A stretch of 64,000 nt of DNA, taken from NCBI GenBank assembly GCA_964405925.1, contig CAYOQG010000001.1, positions 6,369 through 70,368 of the forward strand. Reading direction: 5' to 3'. The translations under genes and the position numbers were made by a program. Positions 59,286 through 64,000 of this stretch are shown one piece after another. Numbering within the stretch: the stretch's first letter is position 1; each line of letters starts with the position of its first letter. The notes under the pieces are model-generated. The model worked only from the letters and a program-made list of their open reading frames with translations, made no database searches and had not been told where the DNA came from. This DNA is from an uncultured Phycisphaeraceae bacterium (GTDB taxonomy: Bacteria > Planctomycetota > Phycisphaerae > UBA1845).

Positions 59286-61060
59286 ACCCACGGATCACCT
59301 CGATTGAGAATCTGGTCGCCAGCGACCCCGGTGGACGCAATGTTTTTGGCCTGGTGCAGAGGGATCAGCTCCGACTGGCTGCCCAGTCGCTGAGGCTTGC
59401 CAGACGTGTTGCCATCGTAAGCGGGTTCTTCATCCGCGAAGCTGGTGCCGGTGAGACCGATGGTCCTCCTGGTGCGAAAGTGCTGGGCAACGCCCTTTCA
59501 TCGCTCGACATCGAGGTGGACTACATCACCGACGCCCCTAACGCACCGCTGTTTAAGGCCCTGGGCCTGAGACCCATCACCGACGTTCACGACTACCTGG
59601 ACAAGGCTCAACCAACGCACATAGTGTCGATCGAGCGGGTTGGTCGTGGGCATGACGGACGGTACCGCAACATGCGCGGACAGGACATCACCGACGTGAC
59701 CGCTCCCCTTGATGAGCTGTTTACAGAAGCCAGCCGGCGCGGTCTGACAACCATTGGCATCGGGGACGGCGGTAATGAGATCGGCATGGGCAAGGTCTTC
59801 CCCGACACGCTGTCTACCATTGAAAACGGGCGAACCATCGCTACTGTCGTCTCGACAGACTTTTGTATCGCGGCTGGCGTGTCCAACTGGGGTGCTTACG
59901 GTTTGACCGGCGCCTTGTCCGTCTTCGCAAGCCGCGATCTTCTGCCATCAGCGAAAGAGGCTGCCAGGGACATCTATCGGATTGTACGGGAGGGTAACGC
60001 CGTTGACGGTGTGACACACAAGAGCGAACCGACGATCGACGGTGTCGAGCTGGCAGCCAGCCTGCGAATGCTTGAGAGCATCCGGCGACATATCGCCCCC
60101 TCGCCTCTCGAGAGGGGAGAGCCGCTCATCGTTGGTGTGCTCGGTTACGGCAGAACGGGCCGGGCTGCCGCCGCCTTGCTTGCCGAGCACGGTCACCGCG
60201 TCTGCATCTCCGATGAAGGACCGGTCACACTCGAGCCAGGCACAATCGCAGCAGGGGTCGAAACGGGTGGACATAGCATTGAATTCCTCAGCGCGTGTGA
60301 CCTGATCGTAAGGAGCCCGGGGGTGCCGGCAGACAGCCCCATTCTGGATGCCCTTCATCGCCGAGGCATACCGGTGATCAGTGAATTGGAGCTCGGTTAT
60401 CAGCTTGGCGTCCAGACTTCACCTTGGCGACCGTCTCCGTTGATCGGCGTGACCGGCACGATTGGAAAACGAACGACGGTTCAATTGATGCAGCGGGTCT
60501 TTGCCTCCGCCCAGCGACCGATGAGGATCGGTGGAAACAGGGGCGAGCCGCTTTCTGCCCTTCTCCCCCAGCATCGGTCGGGAGGCCCCGTCGCCATCGC
60601 TGTATCCAGCTTTCAGTTGGAGACCGTCGTGCACTTCCGTCCGGACATCGCGATTTTGCTCAACGTGGACGAGGCCCATCTGGATCGCCACCGTTCGATC
60701 GCCGAGTACGTACGAATCAAGAGTCGGATTTTCATGAATCAAAACCCGGACGACGCCCTGATCCTGCCTTTCGATGATCCGCGCATGCGCATGCTGGCGC
60801 GTAAACACCACGGTCGGACGTTTTTCTTCTCCACGCGACAGGCGGTGGACCGCGGCGCGTGGCTCGTTGACGGAACCATCCGGTCGAATGTAGACGGAGC
60901 CATAGAAACAGTCGGCCCGGCCGATCCAACGTTCCCAGACAATGTGCTGGCAACCGTGATCGCGGCCCGACTCAGCGGGTTGGACGGGGGCCAAATCGCC
61001 CGGGCCATGGAAGACGAATCCCGAGCCACCGGGCCATCCGACCCGGATGCAGACGTGTAG
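59282..61060 (+). CDS. Fusion protein: N-terminal DUF4392 (D-glutamate-cyclase-associated domain) + MurD-type ligase N-terminal and central ATP-binding domains, lacking the Mur ligase C-terminal domain
   Basis: ATG at 59282 overlaps the upstream TGA (ATGA). The DUF4392-like part has GETDGPPGA, GIGDGGNEIGMG and AGVSNWGAYGL. The MurD-like part has VGVLGYGRTGRAAAALLAEHGHRVCISDEG, P-loop GVTGTIGKRTT and NVDEAHLDRH. The protein ends at the domain 2/3 boundary (VLATVIAARLSGLDGGQIARAM...) with no GLPHR / DSKxTN region. Confidence 0.8.
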   Translation: MNPRITSIENLVASDPGGRNVFGLVQRDQLRLAAQSLRLARRVAIVSGFFIREAGAGETDGPPGAKVLGNALSSLDIEVDYITDAPNAPLFKALGLRPITDVHDYLDKAQPTHIVSIERVGRGHDGRYRNMRGQDITDVTAPLDELFTEASRRGLTTIGIGDGGNEIGMGKVFPDTLSTIENGRTIATVVSTDFCIAAGVSNWGAYGLTGALSVFASRDLLPSAKEAARDIYRIVREGNAVDGVTHKSEPTIDGVELAASLRMLESIRRHIAPSPLERGEPLIVGVLGYGRTGRAAAALLAEHGHRVCISDEGPVTLEPGTIAAGVETGGHSIEFLSACDLIVRSPGVPADSPILDALHRRGIPVISELELGYQLGVQTSPWRPSPLIGVTGTIGKRTTVQLMQRVFASAQRPMRIGGNRGEPLSALLPQHRSGGPVAIAVSSFQLETVVHFRPDIAILLNVDEAHLDRHRSIAEYVRIKSRIFMNQNPDDALILPFDDPRMRMLARKHHGRTFFFSTRQAVDRGAWLVDGTIRSNVDGAIETVGPADPTFPDNVLATVIAARLSGLDGGQIARAMEDESRATGPSDPDADV

Positions 61061-61063
61061 ATC

Positions 61064-61876
61064 ATGCAGATACCTGAGTTTAATGCTGACAGCCTGGCAC
61101 GGGCGTCGGGTGCGCAAGTCCGGGCTATGTGTCGTGCCGGCAGGTTCAACCGGCCCACCACGGGCACCGCACTCGGGTACACCCAGGCCAACCTCGTCGT
61201 CTTGGGCACCGACGCTGCACGAGATTTCGGGCTGTTCTGCCGCTTGAATCCTAAGCCCTGCCCACTTCTGGAGGTCACCCGACCCGGACAATACGAACCG
61301 GTCGAGTCGGCACCGGGTGCCGATCTGCGGACCGACTTGCCGCGTTATCGCGTGTATGAACGCGGGGTTTACATCGACCGGCCCACATCGATCGAGTCGT
61401 ACTGGGATGACAATTTAGTGGCGTTTCTTATTGGCTGTTCATTTACGTTCGAGTCCGCGCTCATGGAAGCGGGGATTCCTGTCCGACACATCGAGGAAGG
61501 CTGCAACGTCCCCATGTATCGCACGAATGTGACCTGCGAGCCGGCTGGTCCCTTCTCCGGCCCCTTGATCGTTTCCATGCGACCGATGACACCCAAGCAC
61601 GCGGTAGAAGCGACACGAATCACCCAAGCCTTCCCGCGCGCGCACGGGGCGCCCGTACACGTCGGCCATCCCGAGAATCTTGGGATCGCGGATTTGGACT
61701 ACCCGGACCACGGGGACGCTGTCACCATTCATTCCGATGAGATCCCTGTCTTTTGGGCCTGTGGCGTCACCCCGTTCGAAGCCATCATGAATGCCAGGCC
61801 GATGCTCGCGATTACGCATGAGCCGGGTCACATGTTTGTCACCGACATGCTCGACACGTCGTTGCGGCAGAGGTAA
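61064..61876 (+). CDS. DUF1445 / UPF0317 putative hydro-lyase (YcsI-like; D-glutamate cyclase catalytic-domain homologue)
   Basis: 270 aa. It is near-collinear with YcsI-type proteins as I remember them: GYTQANLVVL, FCRLNPKPCPLLEV, LVAFLIGCSFTFE, AGIPVRHIEEGCNVPMYRTN, GPFSGPLIVSMRP, HGAPVHVG, PVFWACGVTP and ITHEPGHMFVTD. It starts 3 nt after the upstream stop. Confidence 0.88.
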   Translation: MQIPEFNADSLARASGAQVRAMCRAGRFNRPTTGTALGYTQANLVVLGTDAARDFGLFCRLNPKPCPLLEVTRPGQYEPVESAPGADLRTDLPRYRVYERGVYIDRPTSIESYWDDNLVAFLIGCSFTFESALMEAGIPVRHIEEGCNVPMYRTNVTCEPAGPFSGPLIVSMRPMTPKHAVEATRITQAFPRAHGAPVHVGHPENLGIADLDYPDHGDAVTIHSDEIPVFWACGVTPFEAIMNARPMLAITHEPGHMFVTDMLDTSLRQR

Positions 61877-62154
61877 TCAAGGGCTAGCTGAGGTTGACAG
61901 AGCAACGGCCTGCCCTCATCTGGTGCATCCGCACGACAGAGCCCCCTGGAGCACCGGCGCCCCGCGCCCGATTGCACAAGTCAGTCCGTTAGACCAATCC
62001 GACTCTCCTCCCTCTCTGTCTCGTTCATAGCAGCATTAGCGACCCCGATCTCCCCGTGCCAAGAATGCGACCGACGCTCGTATACACCTGTGAACAGCGA
62101 CCAACGGGGTCGCAATCAGACGACAAGACAAGAACTGCGAAAAGGAGAAGAAAA

Positions 62155-62235
62155 ATGGACGTCATCGACCATTTCCTGCGACCAGTTGTGGATTTCGGGG
62201 CATGGATTGCCGGTCATTTGACCTCGCTGATCTAA
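62155..62235 (+). CDS. Candidate 26-codon small ORF (MDVIDHFLRPVVDFGAWIAGHLTSLI)
   Basis: ATG at 62155 is preceded by AAAAGGAGAAGAAAAA (AAGGAG about 8 nt upstream, the same SD type as dnaA and the PEGA lipoprotein gene). It is below the ORF-track length cutoff. A strong hairpin lies 50 nt downstream. Confidence 0.3.
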   Translation: MDVIDHFLRPVVDFGAWIAGHLTSLI

Positions 62236-62284
62236 GCCATGAAGGACCAACAAAACCAAACCACTGGCCGGCACAAACCGCACT

Positions 62285-62319
62285 GAGGAGTCCGAGGTCG
62301 CTGAGACTTCGGACTCCTC
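62285..62319 (+). terminator. Strong hairpin (11-bp perfect stem) downstream of the sORF, with no U-tract
   Basis: GAGGAGTCCGA (62285..62295), a 13-nt loop, then TCGGACTCCTC (62309..62319). Confidence 0.35.
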
Positions 62320-62534
62320 AAAGCAACCGCACACCTTCAGCAAGCGGCGAGTCAGACCTTCCTCTTCTGTCGATCCTCACACGACCTTTAGCAGGGAATC
62401 TCGCAACGGCCACGTGGAATGCTCAGGACCGCACCAGTTCAGCATTCTCCAAACTCGCACGGCACAAGTTCCCTTAAGATGCCCACCAGGGGAGACAGAG
62501 TGGGATTGAGCGATACACAGATTCACAGTGCGCT

Positions 62535-64000
62535 TCAATTCTTCGATCGGTACGGTTGATGCTGCCGAAAGAGGTTCAAACGCCGATTGAGCTCGGATGT
62601 CATAATATAGTCACCACGTGCTTCCGCAAGAGCCAACGCTCGATCAGCCGTCTCAATGGCGTCTGCAAACTGACCGGCCTCTGCGTAGGCGGTGGCCAGC
62701 GTCATCATGCTGGGAAGGTGCTTACCTCCACGACGCCTGTTCACGTACAATGCCCAGCGTACAGCCTCCTGACCGTCGCGTATCTCGTCGTCCGGGTAGG
62801 ACGCCAGGAGATCGGCGAGAAACGCGCTTAACTCGAGTGCTCCTGGGTTGTCCCTGACACCTTGACGGAGAACCTTGACCGCGTCGGCCACGTGCCCTGT
62901 CCGCACCAAGCCCTGGGCCAGCAGGAGACAGGCGCGGTCACGATGGGGATCAACGACCAGGGCACGCAAATACAGGCGGATGGCCGCGTCGGTGTGGCCG
63001 GACATCCTCTGGAGATCGGCGAAATGATGCAGAGCAACCGCATCGTACGGCTTCAGCTCCAACGCTTTTTGATAATGCTCCGCCGCTTCCTGCAGCATCT
63101 GTGCGCGGATCAAAGCATCGGCGTAGTTGGTATGGGCGATCGCACTCGCGGGGCTCACCTTGACGCCCCGCAACCACAACGTCCGGCCGGAGAGCCAGAT
63201 GTTCGCCTGGGCGAAGGTTTCCCGGGCAAGGACAGCCAATAACACCGTACACGTCAAGATCAGGATTGCGCGTCCGTTGGGACGACCACACCAGCCAGGC
63301 CGGCGCAAAAGCCAATACAGAGCCCCACCGCCCAGCGCCGCGAGAACCAAGCATGAAAGGTAACTGTACCGATCCGCCACAAGCTGTGGGCCACTCTGAA
63401 TGAATCCTGCTACGGGAAGAAGAACCACTCCGTAGACGGCGAAAGCCGCAAGCAAAAAAGGCCACCGCCGACGCAGAGCGAAGGCGAGAAGAGCGGCAAC
63501 CACGATAAACACGACACTGCCCCAAAGCATCGATCCAAGCAGAACCTCACGCGGCGGGACTTCATAAAGCGGGCCCAGGTTCGTCGGCCACACGGTTTTC
63601 CAAACATAGAAAGTCAACCCGTAGAATGCTTGGGCCACTCGCGCCCAGATATCATGCTCTGTGAGCGTATACAACGCACCGCCCTCGCGACGGGCGTTGT
63701 AGGCCCGGACCCCCGCTGCCACCGCCAGCACAAGAAACGGAATCTTGTCCAGCCAGACCCAGGTCCATCGGCTTGCCACGAGGGCTTCCCGCTCACCTGT
63801 TGGAGTGCGTGGTGCGGGTACGTCGACGGGACCGCTGCCTTCCGTCATTGAAACCGGCAGGCCCACATTAGACTTTCCGACCCGTCGCAACGGATAGCGA
63901 TCGAGAATCAACAACACAATGGGGAGCGTGACCGCTGACGCCTTGGCGAGCAGCGATAGCAGACAGGCAACGACCGCTCCCCCATATGCCCACCAGCGGA
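62535..64000 (-). CDS. Membrane protein with C-terminal TPR repeats (PMT/TMTC-like glycosyltransferase architecture), 5' end outside the window
   Basis: The reading frame stays open from 63917 to the window edge (…RWWAYGGAVVACLLSLLAKASAVTLPIVLLILDRYP…). It has multiple TM helices followed by TPR units (AAEHYQKALELKPYDAVALHHFADL..., AIRLYLRALVVDPH...). Confidence 0.75.
   Translation of the reverse strand, partial: RWWAYGGAVVACLLSLLAKASAVTLPIVLLILDRYPLRRVGKSNVGLPVSMTEGSGPVDVPAPRTPTGEREALVASRWTWVWLDKIPFLVLAVAAGVRAYNARREGGALYTLTEHDIWARVAQAFYGLTFYVWKTVWPTNLGPLYEVPPREVLLGSMLWGSVVFIVVAALLAFALRRRWPFLLAAFAVYGVVLLPVAGFIQSGPQLVADRYSYLSCLVLAALGGGALYWLLRRPGWCGRPNGRAILILTCTVLLAVLARETFAQANIWLSGRTLWLRGVKVSPASAIAHTNYADALIRAQMLQEAAEHYQKALELKPYDAVALHHFADLQRMSGHTDAAIRLYLRALVVDPHRDRACLLLAQGLVRTGHVADAVKVLRQGVRDNPGALELSAFLADLLASYPDDEIRDGQEAVRWALYVNRRRGGKHLPSMMTLATAYAEAGQFADAIETADRALALAEARGDYIMTSELNRRLNLFRQHQPYRSKN

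Overview
This is a high-GC bacterial chromosomal window. I infer Planctomycetota-like from gene content only: a 1417-aa SecA and many giant secreted FG-GAP, PKD, HYR-like and dockerin-like proteins. I found no rRNA, tRNA or CRISPR array.

Housekeeping genes:
- dnaA (4642..6093)
- a three-gene RND efflux operon on the minus strand (adaptor, permease, TolC-like; 12610 to 6172)
- acs, waaA/kdtA, truD, cls, a canonical murD (35134..36606) and secA

Secreted or surface proteins make up a large fraction of the window:
- a 24-aa Cys-rich repeat protein with a dockerin-like tail
- a 1194-aa protein with 7 HYR-like repeats
- a 1006-aa zinc metalloprotease
- a 1266-aa FG-GAP lipoprotein
- a roughly 2490-aa M6-peptidase-like, PKD-rich giant whose zinc motif is degenerate
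- several small lipoproteins

The most interesting locus is a tightly coupled operon at 55395..61876. It encodes a fused hydantoinase A/B (5-oxoprolinase type, 1296 aa). Next comes a fusion of a DUF4392 domain to a MurD-type ligase that lacks the Mur C-terminal domain. Last is a DUF1445 protein. DUF4392 and DUF1445 are the two domains of the mammalian D-glutamate cyclase. I therefore propose an uncharacterised 5-oxoproline/D-glutamate module wired to a MurD-like ligation step.

Other observations:
- two AT-richer islets (about 14.1-15.5 kb and 32.5-34.95 kb)
- two families of intergenic palindromic repeats, plus a possible RAYT/IS200-like remnant
- heptanucleotide tandem repeats in the tail of the efflux adaptor gene
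- a Cys-rich insertion in the SecA motor
- several strong intergenic secondary structures
- an SD-preceded 26-codon sORF

All calls come from reading the sequence and the supplied translations. No database search was run.
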